Shown here: in pieces, positions 1 to 10,431 of the stretch
Position numbering within the stretch: the first letter of the stretch is position 1
How the letters are laid out: each line of letters begins with the position of its first letter
Assembly (NCBI GenBank): GCA_023205875.1
Contig: CP060754.1
Location: 930,001-994,000, forward strand
Origin: Chloropicon primus
Taxonomy: Eukaryota
Direction: 5' to 3'
Length of the DNA stretch: 64,000 nt
Position numbers and translations under genes: made by a program
The notes under the pieces: model-generated
Told to the model about the DNA's origin: nothing
What the model saw: only the letters and a program-made list of their open reading frames with translations
The model's database searches: none

Positions 1-114
1 CAGCAGTGCCATCCCTCCTACTCCTAACTTCGTCCCCATCCCTCCGAGCCGACGAGAAGAAAAAGAGAATGAGAATGCATGCTGCTGGGCGGGGGGCGTT
101 AGAGCGTGTCTGGG

Positions 115-1133
115 ATGGAGGGGACGAGGACGAAGCGCGCGCTCTCTCTCTCGAACGCGAAGGGACGAAGGGGAGAAGGGCCCTGGACGGGGACTATGAA
201 GGTGGGGCAGTTGAAGATGGGGAGAGTTGGGGCGTGGAGAGTTGGTGTGCAGGCCTCGGGGAGGAGGAGGGATACGCTCTGGAAAGATGTGGAAGGAGGG
301 AAAGTGGATGAAAGGGGACGGTTTGCTTCCATCCTTTCCTCCTCCCTCCTCTCGATTGCGTTGCTCTTGTCTTCTCCAGGCTCGGCCACGGCGAGAGAGG
401 CCATCGACGTCGAGAAGTACCAGGGAGTGTGGTATGAGGTGGCTTCTCTAAAGAGGGGGTTCGCCGGGGAGGGGCAGCTGGACTGTCATTGTACCCAAGG
501 CCTCTACAGCAAAACGGACCAAGGGAAGATGAGCGTGAAAACGTTTTGTGTCCACGGGAGCTCCACGGGCAAGATAAGTGGAATCGAGGGAAGAGTATCC
601 TGCGAGAGTGCCGCCGGGGACGCCGAAGGGGAAGGCTTCCAGGGCTGCAGACTCAACTTTCCTTCTATCCCCTTTATCCCCCCGGAACCGTATAACGTCC
701 TGGACACGGACTATACGAGTTTCGCGCTCGTGGAAGGCGCAAAAGGCAAGTCCCTCGTCACACCGATCGGCGAGCTCGAAAAACTAACCCCCCTTTCCGT
801 TCGGCAGACGCAAGCTTTGTCCAAGTCTACTCGAGAAAACCTCAACCTGGCAAGGCGTTCGTCCGCAGAATGATCGGCCGGCTCGAGAAGGACTACGGTT
901 ACGAGAAGGGAAGCATCAAGGAAACGCCGCAGGACTGCGACGAGAATCTCATGCAAAAGATGGACGCCATGATGAGGTCGCCGGGAATGACGAGCATGAT
1001 GAGCAACACCGCGGAGAAGACGATCGACGAGCTCTTGGGGGGGGACGACGACTTTGATGGAATTGCCTTGCAGGGCCCGAGAAATCCGCTGACAGAAGCG
1101 AAGGACCTGTTGGACCTTTTTCGCATGTTTTGA
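115..1133 (+). CDS. CHL: Chloroplast-type lipocalin; 2 exons (115-745, 808-1133) joined across a GC-AG intron 746-807; start codon uncertain
   Basis: Lipocalin SCR1 motif (KYQGVWYEVAS), DCHCTQG and VLDTDY motifs. Splicing 746-807 restores GAKDASFVQVYSR and joins ORF 106-873 to ORF 870-1133 in frame. Confidence 0.85.
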
Positions 1134-1169
1134 GTGGAATCAAATCAATCAATCAAGACAAGTTCTCTT

Positions 1170-4100
1170 TTAGTGTATCAGTGTCGAGTTCGGAGAGAGG
1201 TGGCAAAACTCGTGGTCGCCAGTCTCTGCCTCCTCCTCCTGGTTCTGCCCGCTCCACAGAATCGTGGTTACTTGTTGGAGATTCGCCATCGTCTCCTGTA
1301 TGTGCCTCGCATCGCGGCTGTTCGCTTTTGTCTTGCCGTGCAGAGCGAGCTCTGCCTCTGTGCTCAGGAGCCTGTCGTGAGCCTCGCCAAGGTTCCTGAT
1401 CGAAGCCTTCATCCTCTGGGATTTGTAAAGCAGAATCCACAACGAATTGGATGCGTAGGAGGCCATCTTAGGCGACGCGCTGAAGTCGTACACCCGGGTC
1501 AAGAGCATCTGGAGCACCTCCTCCCTGCTCAGCAGGTACGTTTTCATGTCTGAAGAAAAGGACATGTTCCTGAGAAACAAGAGAACCTCCTCCATCGCTT
1601 GGTCGCTGTCTTCCAAGTCCCCAACAGCAAGGAGGAAATCCATCAGATCAGAGAAGGAAGGGTGGTGGAGCAAGAAGGAACGGGAGTCCCTGAATGCAGC
1701 CAGGTCCGAAAGGAACTTCAGCACTTGGCCGAACTTCCTGGAGTCCTTCTTCTTCAGAAGCCTCTCCAAGAAACCGATCATCCTGCCGACAAAATCAGTC
1801 TTCAGAATCGCGGTCCGTGATTCTTGAATCTGCACGAGTGCCTGCACGATGTAGCCACACAGCTCGGTGATTGGTCGGAGGCTCTTCTTCTTCTCCCAGA
1901 TCTCGAGCACCTGCAAGAAAAAGCTGGGCTGACGGTTCTTGCTGGGAACCTTGACGTCAATGATTTCCAAGCACGCCGCGCTTGAATTGGCTGCCATGTT
2001 CACGAGGAGACCCAGGGCACCGTTCTGGACCTGGGCGTTCCCCTTGGGGTAGGCGGCAAGCTGTGCTCGGACCAGATCAACTGCCCCCTCCTTGGTGAGC
2101 ACGTCACTGCACACCCTGCTCTTGTACGCAAAGTGCTTCAGCAAGAGGAAGATCCGCATCAGGCGGCCCTCGCTCTTCGCGGTGATTCTTGGATCCTCCT
2201 TCCTGCTGTGCAGCGAGGCCGCGAGGATTGCGTTGCTGTGTACCCTGAACTCCATCATCAAGTCCTGGTAGAACTTGTTTCTGATCATGGCCAACTTCCC
2301 GCTCTTGCTGCAGGCAATGAGGGCTCGCAAAGCAAGGGTCGTAGCGTTTGCTCTGCTGTTTATCTGCACCAGGCTCTGCCGCCTCGCGGAGATTCCCATC
2401 TTCATGTGCTTGCTGATTGACCTCATATCCGCAACCAAGTGATCGCACAAGATCGCCCCGATGAGCTCGTTGCTCTCACGCTGCTCGTCTGCTTGGTCCA
2501 TCGCCGCGCACGCGAGGTCGTTCACTTGCAGGGAAATCTCCAGAAGCTTGCAGCATTGCTCCTTCACCTGAGCCGGCAATATCTGGCACCTGAAAATGAA
2601 GCAAATGGAGCGGGACACTTGGGTGATGCTGTTCCGCATCTCTTCCCCCGTCATTGTGGGCTCCTTCGTCTCTGCTCCACGTTGTTCCCCAAGCAAAACG
2701 TGCATCAAGTTTGCAATGACAGCACTGAACTGCATCAGCAAGGGCAGGCACGCAGAGTAGTACGAAACTCTGTAAGGCAGCTCCTTCTTCAGCACCGAAG
2801 AAATCCTGCCGCTGAACGAACAATAGATGTTGCAAATGTTCATCGACGGAATCCAATGCAGGACCTTTGGGAACAGCTTCTCTTTCCGCAGCAGCACCTG
2901 CAGCACGTTCAGTGCCATGGAAAGCGGGATGACGGCATCAAAGCAGCTCTCCCCCTGGTTCAGCCTCTGATCCAAGTGTTTGGAGCAGCTGTTGAACACG
3001 GCTGTCGCGACTTTGCAAATCTGGCTGATTTTGCAGTTCTGGAACACGTAGTGCGCATCCGAGACAAGCATCTCTGAGACCATGGAGAGGAAGCCTCCCA
3101 TCAACTGGCTCCTGTTCCACGACATGCTGTTTTTGAGAATGTCCCAGAACTTGTATTCTTGCACCGTTTGATACAAACTCTTCTTGATGCTCGACCGCGT
3201 TGGGTACGTCTCGCTCACAAGAGCGTCCTGTTGATTCTCCCCCTCCGACCTCTCCAACGCCAGAGCGAGCGAGAGGATCTGCATGGCCTTCGCCCTCACA
3301 AGATCGCACTCCCCCTCATCGAACGCAATTTTCACGACGTTGTACAACCTCTCCGGCCAATGCCTGTTCAGCATCGAGATCAGGGGGGCACTCACGGGAT
3401 TCGAGAGCGCGCACAAAATTTGCAAGCTTGTCTTCCTCACCAGAGTCTCTGGGTCCCTCAGAAGCTTGGAGATCCAAAAAGTGCAATCGGTGTCGGCCCA
3501 AATTCCAGCCCAAGCTTCCCTGCCCAAGTTTGTGACCTGCTTCAGGTACTCCAGCGAGTGCTTCAGGATGCCCCGCCCGTGCCCAGGACTGATCTGGGCG
3601 ATGCAGCCGTACTTTATGATCTTTGGCACCACTGAGCTGAAAACAGAGTCAAGATCACTTGGGGTGTACTGGTACACGTCCAGAGCTTTCAGATCCAAGT
3701 AGCAGATGAGCAGCTCGACCAGACACTGGGTCGTAAGAACGCGGAAGCTGTAGTCCCACCTGTCGCACATCGCGAATTCGGCAAAAGTATTTATCGTCTC
3801 CTCGTTGCCCAGGGTGTCCACCATGTACTTTTGCACGGCTATGTTTCCTGACGCCCTGTTGGACTTCAAGAGCGCGGCAAACATTTCTAAACCGTTGCAA
3901 ATGCTTTCAGACCGAACGCCTTTCTTCGCGACGGCCAAGCCTTGTGACGACTCGAGCTGCGCCCTTATCCCGTGCTTGAGCGGGGACATGGGATCCCAAT
4001 ACTCTTCCTGAAAAATAGAAGGCAGGATTGCCTCATCGTACAGGAGCACCAAGTTCATGAGCAGGGTGTGAGACAAGCCACAATTGTCCAGCATGCGAGA

Positions 4101-7100
4101 TATCATCGTGAAAATGGCAGACCACAGACTCCAGTCCTTCTTCGAAGTCGGAGTCGAGCTCAAAAATGTCTGAAAGGGCTCAAACCAGTTCAGCGCCGAC
4201 AGCTCTTGAAGGGATTCCGTGTTGCACGAGCAGTAGTTCAGCAGAAGCAAAATCCAGGACTGGCATTCTTCGTGAGTTTTCGCGTCCTTCATTTGAGACA
4301 ACGCATTTTCGAGCACGAGCTTGGGGTGCAGGTTTTCCACCATCTCCCGGGTCTCCTCCGGCAGATCGGACTTGGAGGCCCCGCCGCCCACAAGAGTTTT
4401 GATGGCATTTCGAGTGTCTATCGTGTCCTTCACCTTTGAGGCAATCTCCTCCACGAGGTCAAAGCTCCCTTCCCTGGGTCCCACGCCAAGGAATGCGCAT
4501 GAGGCTGGAGGCCTCACGTGGCCCTCGAATGCCTCCGCGACGGCCAGGTCCGCCTCTCCAGTTTTGCCTCTGAGGCACAGCCCCGAAGAATGGAGCCTGT
4601 TTTTCTCCTCGCCAAATATCACTGAGAATAGGATGACCGCGGCAGTTTGTTGCAGGCTTATGGAGGAGTGAAACAGAAGACGCGAGAAGGTTTGAAAGAA
4701 ATCTTCAGATCTCTTTGAAAACCATGCTGCTGTCGAATCCAGGTCTCGCTTGGCGCTGTACGCAACGATGAGGAGGACGGTGCCCAAGTACTCTTCATCG
4801 TAATCCATGCGCCCTGAAGTGGAGCATTCTTCGATGACCCTCGAGCACTTGTCCAAGACCTCCGCAGGAATCAAAATATGCCTCAACGACCTTCCCAGCG
4901 CCAAGAGCAGTTGAACCGCAGAAGACTTTTGTATCCCGACGTCGATCTTTTCATTGGTGAAGATGGTCACCAAGGTCTGCACTTCACCCTCTTGCGCGTC
5001 TTGGCGGATGTTCGTGTGCACCTCGGTGGGAAACTTGTATTCCAAGGACGACGCTAGGTAGCTGAAGTTCTTCACGGATTCCATGCCCCGGCCTTCTTTC
5101 TCAAGGCGATGGTAGATCGAATTCAGTGCGTCCTCCCTGCAGACCTTGTCGGTAGAGAAGGCCTTGAAGTACAGATGCCTCATGCACGACCACGTCCAGG
5201 GCACCAAGTCGTGCTCCGCAGCCCTGTCATGATTCAGGGCTATCAGTACTGACCTCACCACAGGACCGACCACGCCATCGTCCTTGTGACACTCGAGCCA
5301 AAGCAACCAACCACCGACGTGGGGCCTGATGGAGTCGTCCTTGCATGCGTGAAAGAGAATCTGCGACACGTCCTCTTTGGTCTCCTCTTGGCTGAGCCCG
5401 CGCACGACCAGAAGGGACATGATCGATTCGTTCGTCAGAGGGTCGAGCACAGCTTTGTAGTCGCTCGATCCGCATTCCCTTATCGTTTCAAGCCAAACTT
5501 TGTAAGACTTGGCTTTGACTGCCAAGCAGGCTTGCGATAGAATTGTCAGGAACGCCTTGTGCAATGCGAGGAAGAAGTCAGGCTTCGTCGGCGCGTTCTC
5601 CACGAACTTCCAGCTCGAGCGCATCAGCAGATGAAGCAGCAGCTTGAATATGTGATCAAAGTACGCCGTGTCGCCCATGCCAATGACCGTGGGAAGTATG
5701 TCCAGCACAATTTGAATGGTCTTCATGTCGTCGGCGTCGCTGCTCGTCGAGTTCTGTCTCAGGACCTTCAAATCCTTGGACAGGTGGAGAAACCTTTTCA
5801 GAACTTCTTTCGACTTGTCCTTCTTCAGAACTAAGGTGCTATCGATTTGCTGAATGAGCGGAAGCAAGCTTGCCTGAAGTTGCGGCACGCACATCCCAAC
5901 CGATTCGCTGTTGAAAACCTCGCAGAGGTACGCTTGCATCTTCCGAGAGACGAGCTTTGCTGCATCTCGGGACGGCCCGAGCGTCAGTATCTCTGCAGCA
6001 ACGTACACCAGGTTTTGGTCAAACACGCTTAGTTGGAAGGTGACACGCCTTTTCCCCTTCTCCCTCTCCTCGTGAAGCTGGGACCACGATAAGGAAAACT
6101 TCTCGAACACCTCCTGGAGCTCCCCCAAGTATTCGGCAACGCACCCGTCGTAGCGTGAGTCATCGTTTGACGATTGCCCCAGGGAGCGGAGGAGGTCCAA
6201 AGCTGAGAAGATTGGCTTCGCGGTCTCATAGTGCATGTTGTTGTCGCACAGCAGCGTGAGCAGGTGCAAGATCGCCATGTGCGTGTACGAGGGCAGGTCG
6301 ACAAGATCCTCGGGCGGGACCGAGTCCCGCTCGTCCCCCGGAACGTACATTGTTTGGGGGTAGCTGACTCCCAGGTGGTCGCCGTGCTCCTCGCTTTCCC
6401 CCAGCCCTTCCCGTGGCAAAATGTCTTTGTTGTGAGAAAGCTCCAAGCCCTCTCGGCACCCGCCCAAAATTCTGTCCAGGCAGTGCACTGCCGAGCTGTA
6501 TACGCTTTTGCTGACCTTCAAGTGCAACAACCGCAGCAAGTTGTCAAAGACGTTGTTCTGTTGAAGAATCACCTGGGGCGGGTAGTCCCTGCAGACTTGC
6601 TGGGAGAGCTCTTGCAGCGAAGCTAGCAAGGTGAACTCGTCGTCGCCATGCTCCAGGCGAAAGTTGATCTCAAACAAAGTCTGCTCCATCTTTTTGTCCA
6701 CCTTCATGGAACGGAACTTGGGCAGATGCCTGAAACGCTCGCTGTCCAAACGCAGGGTCACTCCCCTGTTCTCGATGAACGAGGGCAGCCGAGGAACGTA
6801 TTCGCTGGCAGACCCCTGGAATCTCTGCGGCCCCTGACCGCTGCTGCTCGAGACGTCGATGTTCCTCGAGGTAGACAGCACCTTTGCCAGGATTTCGTGC
6901 AAGGGCTTCCGCAACTCGTCCTTTGTCCCCGAGTGTTCCGCGGCGTTCCGGACCTTCTCCTCCAATCCCAAAACGTGCAGGCAGAGGAAAGACTCGCGGC
7001 ATTCCACCAAGCAGTCAAGAAGCTCCAGCGCGCCCTCCGTGAGCAGAACCGGCTCCTCACAGAGTCGAAGCACCTCCTGGCAAACGTCTGTCTCCCTGGC

Positions 7101-7229
7101 AAGCTTCTCGACGCTCGTGATCCCGTTCCTCAGTTTTGAGTTCAAGCTCCCAATGGCCCTGTTCCGCACCTCAGAGAGGCCGTGCCTCATCTTGCCCACG
7201 ACCGTCGCCATCGCGGAGGAGGACTCCAT
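1170..7229 (-). CDS. RTTN: Rotatin-like (Ana3) ARM/HEAT centriole/basal-body protein, 2019 aa
   Basis: N-terminus (KMRHGLSEVRNRAIGSLNSKL) and DYPPQVILQ motif match the rotatin N-terminal domain as I recall it; long helical-repeat ORF of the expected size. Confidence 0.75.
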   Translation of the reverse strand: MESSSAMATVVGKMRHGLSEVRNRAIGSLNSKLRNGITSVEKLARETDVCQEVLRLCEEPVLLTEGALELLDCLVECRESFLCLHVLGLEEKVRNAAEHSGTKDELRKPLHEILAKVLSTSRNIDVSSSSGQGPQRFQGSASEYVPRLPSFIENRGVTLRLDSERFRHLPKFRSMKVDKKMEQTLFEINFRLEHGDDEFTLLASLQELSQQVCRDYPPQVILQQNNVFDNLLRLLHLKVSKSVYSSAVHCLDRILGGCREGLELSHNKDILPREGLGESEEHGDHLGVSYPQTMYVPGDERDSVPPEDLVDLPSYTHMAILHLLTLLCDNNMHYETAKPIFSALDLLRSLGQSSNDDSRYDGCVAEYLGELQEVFEKFSLSWSQLHEEREKGKRRVTFQLSVFDQNLVYVAAEILTLGPSRDAAKLVSRKMQAYLCEVFNSESVGMCVPQLQASLLPLIQQIDSTLVLKKDKSKEVLKRFLHLSKDLKVLRQNSTSSDADDMKTIQIVLDILPTVIGMGDTAYFDHIFKLLLHLLMRSSWKFVENAPTKPDFFLALHKAFLTILSQACLAVKAKSYKVWLETIRECGSSDYKAVLDPLTNESIMSLLVVRGLSQEETKEDVSQILFHACKDDSIRPHVGGWLLWLECHKDDGVVGPVVRSVLIALNHDRAAEHDLVPWTWSCMRHLYFKAFSTDKVCREDALNSIYHRLEKEGRGMESVKNFSYLASSLEYKFPTEVHTNIRQDAQEGEVQTLVTIFTNEKIDVGIQKSSAVQLLLALGRSLRHILIPAEVLDKCSRVIEECSTSGRMDYDEEYLGTVLLIVAYSAKRDLDSTAAWFSKRSEDFFQTFSRLLFHSSISLQQTAAVILFSVIFGEEKNRLHSSGLCLRGKTGEADLAVAEAFEGHVRPPASCAFLGVGPREGSFDLVEEIASKVKDTIDTRNAIKTLVGGGASKSDLPEETREMVENLHPKLVLENALSQMKDAKTHEECQSWILLLLNYCSCNTESLQELSALNWFEPFQTFLSSTPTSKKDWSLWSAIFTMISRMLDNCGLSHTLLMNLVLLYDEAILPSIFQEEYWDPMSPLKHGIRAQLESSQGLAVAKKGVRSESICNGLEMFAALLKSNRASGNIAVQKYMVDTLGNEETINTFAEFAMCDRWDYSFRVLTTQCLVELLICYLDLKALDVYQYTPSDLDSVFSSVVPKIIKYGCIAQISPGHGRGILKHSLEYLKQVTNLGREAWAGIWADTDCTFWISKLLRDPETLVRKTSLQILCALSNPVSAPLISMLNRHWPERLYNVVKIAFDEGECDLVRAKAMQILSLALALERSEGENQQDALVSETYPTRSSIKKSLYQTVQEYKFWDILKNSMSWNRSQLMGGFLSMVSEMLVSDAHYVFQNCKISQICKVATAVFNSCSKHLDQRLNQGESCFDAVIPLSMALNVLQVLLRKEKLFPKVLHWIPSMNICNIYCSFSGRISSVLKKELPYRVSYYSACLPLLMQFSAVIANLMHVLLGEQRGAETKEPTMTGEEMRNSITQVSRSICFIFRCQILPAQVKEQCCKLLEISLQVNDLACAAMDQADEQRESNELIGAILCDHLVADMRSISKHMKMGISARRQSLVQINSRANATTLALRALIACSKSGKLAMIRNKFYQDLMMEFRVHSNAILAASLHSRKEDPRITAKSEGRLMRIFLLLKHFAYKSRVCSDVLTKEGAVDLVRAQLAAYPKGNAQVQNGALGLLVNMAANSSAACLEIIDVKVPSKNRQPSFFLQVLEIWEKKKSLRPITELCGYIVQALVQIQESRTAILKTDFVGRMIGFLERLLKKKDSRKFGQVLKFLSDLAAFRDSRSFLLHHPSFSDLMDFLLAVGDLEDSDQAMEEVLLFLRNMSFSSDMKTYLLSREEVLQMLLTRVYDFSASPKMASYASNSLWILLYKSQRMKASIRNLGEAHDRLLSTEAELALHGKTKANSRDARHIQETMANLQQVTTILWSGQNQEEEAETGDHEFCHLSPNSTLIH

Positions 7230-7589
7230 CGTTCACTGGACTGGGCGACCCCGCCTTGCCCTTCGATCATCGATCGTACCAATCGATCGTAATTTGAAAT
7301 TTTGCACAATTTTTTTTTTAATCGATCGGGGGGTTTTCTAAACTTTGGGTTCGTCGTACAGGGACCCACGAAGGCGAGGCAACGAGGGGACGAGCCGCGG
7401 TGCGTCGAGGGGAGAGGAGAGCGTTGCAGGCAGAAGCGTCACATTCACCTTCACCTGGACCTCCACCTTTTGGCCTTTCGAAAGAGGCCTCACTCGAAAG
7501 AAGCGGCGGCCCAGTGAGTCGTAGAGGGGTGGAGGACTGCACACCAAGGTCTTGGTAGGTCTCCAGCTGGCGAGGCTTGTTTTCGCGCG

Positions 7590-9791
7590 ATGCTTTCGGC
7601 TTTGAGGACGCTCGAAAAGGGCAAGGGAAGGAAGGGGGACCAGGAGGAGGAGGAGGAGCAGAAGACCAAGGTGGAAGTCTCGTCGTCGTCCTCGTCGTCT
7701 TCGGCGCGTGCAGAAGAGAAGGACAAAGGGACGCCGGTCATGGCTCAAGCGAGCGTGGTCCATTCGGAGGGGGGAGGGGACGAGGGAAGTGAGCTCGTGC
7801 TGTTCAAGGGCGACCAGCTTCGAACTTCGGCGCAGTACCGCTCCTCGGATCCCATCCAGAACTTGCGGGTCCGAGTGAGGGCTCGTCAGGTTCGAGGGCC
7901 GACGAACCCGGCGGAGGGCGACAAGGTGGTGGTGGACTCGGTGGCCGCGATGGTGGAGGTGAAGGACAGGGACGCCGCGAGCGCGAGCGTGAGTACGAGC
8001 GACAAGGGCGGCACCGGGTCCGAGGACATTGGGTACGACGACGAGGAGAGCTTGGACGACCACGAGGAGGGCGAGGAGGCCACCAAGTGGACGAGCCAGG
8101 ACGTGTCTTGGCAGCAGAAGATCTACGACAGCGAGACCATCAGGGCGGCGAAGCACAGCACCCAGGCCTTGGAAAACCACTTGCGCGGCCTCTTCGGGAT
8201 GGCGAAAGCGGGAAAGACCTCCCCGGAGAAGGAGAAGAGGTTTCAGGAGGTCTGCAAGAGGTACAAGGACGATATCATCAACCTCCGCGCGACGAGCTTG
8301 GAGCTGGACGACGCCTCGTCGGAAGGAGAGCCGGCGAGCCAGATGTACACTTACGTGGACTACGAGGATTCCATGAGGCGGGACATCGCCGACGACGTGG
8401 GGGAGGTGGCGCAAGAGGCCATAACGACGGCTTCCGAGGGCCCGGAGTACGACCTGAGCTGCGGGCTGAACGTCGCGGAATCGTGCCTGCCCAACTCCAG
8501 AGACGCCCCCGGAGCCAAGGAGAGGAGGAAGAGGACGAAGGGGGCGAGGTCCTGCCGACTGCAGCAAACGATGGAGAAAAGGGCGCAGTCGATGACCATC
8601 GTTGCTGTGGTGCACGGGGAGCAGATCGTCCTCGCCCAGCTCAGGTACTTTCAGAACGGAGTGCTGGAGATGAGGCCAGGGTTCTCCGACAGCTCGAGCA
8701 ACAACGGCAAAAGCACTGTCTTCTTTGCGGAGACCCCCAAGGGGGCTCTCATTGAGTACACCCTGGAGAACGCAAGCGCGCCCCACCAAGACAGCGAGCT
8801 CATCAAGAGCATGTTTGGCATGAAGCTGTCTCAGAAGGCGAGGAAGAAGTCGGTGCCCGTGAATCCTCCCACGGCACTCAAGAAGGCGGGATTGAGCGGG
8901 CCCTTCATGTCCCTGCAAGACAGATACGGATTCAATGGAAGCGTCTTGAGCTTCAACTTGCTGCTCGAGATCGTCGGGGGCAAGAACTTCATGAGGGACA
9001 ACCTGTACGTGGAGTACTTCGTCCACTTGCCTCGGGCCCAGGCCGCGAGCGAGACTCGGACGCCCGCGCCAGGCAAAGCCGGCGGGGTGGAAGACATCTG
9101 GCAGATGGAAGGGGAGAGCGCGAAGTTGGCCAAAGGTGTCACACAAGTGTCCTCATACGCAAAGTACCCGACTCCTTCGTTCATTGAGACGGGCCGGCAC
9201 AACGACAAGATTCTTAACTGGTGCTTTCCCGTGGAGCTGACAATGACCGCGTGCAAGGAGGCAGCAAACATCGAGGACAAGGAGTGGCCCGTGGTGATTT
9301 TCACAATCTACTCGTATGACAGATGGGACAGGAGCACGTGCGAAGGATTCTGCAGGTTGCAGTTGAATCCGGACAGCCTGGGCACCAAGTGCCACTATTT
9401 GCAGGCGTGGAAGCCTCAAGGAAGCTTGAGGCAGCAAATGAAAGAGTCGTTCACGGGAGGAATCATCCAGCCCCAAGACATGCATGGTTTGTATGACTAC
9501 CTGGTGAACCAGAAGCTGAATTCGCCTCTCGTTACTACCTGTGAAGGGACTCTGAAGATACGCACGAACTTGGTGCTCCAGAAGCAGGTTGAAAACGTGA
9601 GAATGAGCAAGAATTTGACCAGAAGCATCAGCTTCACCCCCGCGAAGACCAGAGCCTCCAAGACGTCTAAAATGGCGCAGGCGAAGAGCGTCGCCGCGAA
9701 GTTGCAATCGCACACGCTGCTTGAGATCACCGAAAGAGCGAGAGAGAGAATCCGAGTCCTCAGGGAAAAGAACAACAAGATGAACATGTAA
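7590..9791 (+). CDS. MKS1: MKS1-like ciliary transition-zone protein (B9-C2 domain)
   Basis: SSDPIQNLRVRV and VSWQQKI N-terminal motifs; B9 domain (DNLYVEYFVHLP...GVTQ...NWCFPVE...WP...YDRWDR...EG...AWKP). Confidence 0.8.
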   Translation: MLSALRTLEKGKGRKGDQEEEEEQKTKVEVSSSSSSSSARAEEKDKGTPVMAQASVVHSEGGGDEGSELVLFKGDQLRTSAQYRSSDPIQNLRVRVRARQVRGPTNPAEGDKVVVDSVAAMVEVKDRDAASASVSTSDKGGTGSEDIGYDDEESLDDHEEGEEATKWTSQDVSWQQKIYDSETIRAAKHSTQALENHLRGLFGMAKAGKTSPEKEKRFQEVCKRYKDDIINLRATSLELDDASSEGEPASQMYTYVDYEDSMRRDIADDVGEVAQEAITTASEGPEYDLSCGLNVAESCLPNSRDAPGAKERRKRTKGARSCRLQQTMEKRAQSMTIVAVVHGEQIVLAQLRYFQNGVLEMRPGFSDSSSNNGKSTVFFAETPKGALIEYTLENASAPHQDSELIKSMFGMKLSQKARKKSVPVNPPTALKKAGLSGPFMSLQDRYGFNGSVLSFNLLLEIVGGKNFMRDNLYVEYFVHLPRAQAASETRTPAPGKAGGVEDIWQMEGESAKLAKGVTQVSSYAKYPTPSFIETGRHNDKILNWCFPVELTMTACKEAANIEDKEWPVVIFTIYSYDRWDRSTCEGFCRLQLNPDSLGTKCHYLQAWKPQGSLRQQMKESFTGGIIQPQDMHGLYDYLVNQKLNSPLVTTCEGTLKIRTNLVLQKQVENVRMSKNLTRSISFTPAKTRASKTSKMAQAKSVAAKLQSHTLLEITERARERIRVLREKNNKMNM

Positions 9792-9825
9792 GGAACTACT
9801 TGTTTGATGTACATAAAATTTCAGT

Positions 9826-10113
9826 TCAAGCAGCGAATGCTTTCAAGTCCAGGGTGAAGCTGTTAGAAAAGCCCGACTCCGGATTTCTTGTCACGCCATG
9901 CAGGCAATCGGCCTTGTCGTAGAAGGTGTCCTTGAGCGAGATCACGATGGTCTGGAACTGCTTGGACCTCCCTCTGAGAAACCTGGCCACCCTCGAAACG
10001 TTCGTCGAGTCCAGCGCGGCATCGATCTCATCGAGAACGAAGAACTCGGCGTCTCCGGGACTGCTCAAGTTGATCGCAAACAGGAGAGCAAGCGCGGCCA
10101 CTGTCTTTTCCCC
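9826..10113 (-). pseudogene. SMC1: 3' fragment of SMC1 (cohesin ATPase head C-terminus), truncated inside the ABC signature motif
   Basis: [14 protein letters not shown]...[12 protein letters not shown]...[10 protein letters not shown]...KAD is the SMC1 C-terminal lobe. Only ~95 codons are present; upstream sequence is unrelated, with no splice acceptor. Confidence 0.8.
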
Positions 10114-10308
10114 GTGTGCGGCAAGGAGCTGGCGATCGTGACGGAGGAGTACACCTCTCAATGCTGTGGGAAGTGCGGAAACCTCAAGAAGAACCTGGGT
10201 GGATCAAAGGTTTACAAGTGCCAGAAGTGTGGCTTCAAGTGCGGTCGGGACGATAACGGGGCACGCAACATCCTTCTCAAGCACTTGTGTGAACCACAAG
10301 AAGTGTAG
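10114..10308 (+). mobile_element. 5'-truncated Fanzor/TnpB (IS200/IS605/IS607-type OrfB) remnant: zinc ribbon plus RuvC-III
   Basis: [14 protein letters not shown]...KVYKCQKCGFKCGRDDNGARNILLK matches the TnpB/Fanzor C-terminal consensus (YTSxxCxxCG...CxxCG...RDxNxAxNI). Confidence 0.85.
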
Positions 10309-10431
10309 CTCTTCGGAGCTGCTCGGGTTTGTTAGTACCGATATACCCATTGTTTGGGCCAGGCCATTGTTTCACCAAGCAATGGCTTTGAAACGAAACT
10401 AACGGAAATATGCGCAATCGGCAACTTTCAA
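10281..10431 (+). ncRNA. Putative omegaRNA scaffold / element right end downstream of the Fanzor-TnpB remnant
   Basis: Dense complementarity: CTTGTG/CACAAG; AGCTC-TTCG-GAGCT (10307-10320); GTTAGT (10331-10336) with ACTAAC (10398-10403); GCCATTG/CAATGGC; possible pseudoknot CCGAT (10338-10342) with ATCGG (10417-10421). Ends ...CTTTCAA before an abrupt shift to GA-rich sequence. Confidence 0.55.

Noticed and set aside
7338..9146. Long antisense ORFs (also 20359-22098, 27259-28896, 29551-30960, 58945-60693 and others)
   Set aside because: Shadow ORFs caused by high GC3 codon bias on the strand opposite well-supported genes.
9898..10308. 136-aa ORF as an intact gene
   Set aside because: Chimeric: the first half is the antisense of SMC1 and only the part from ~10114 is TnpB-like. 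It is far too short for a functional Fanzor.
10114..10431. Element acting as an intron within SMC1
   Set aside because: No AG acceptor at the junction on the minus strand and no upstream SMC1 exons; the kinase gene follows directly.
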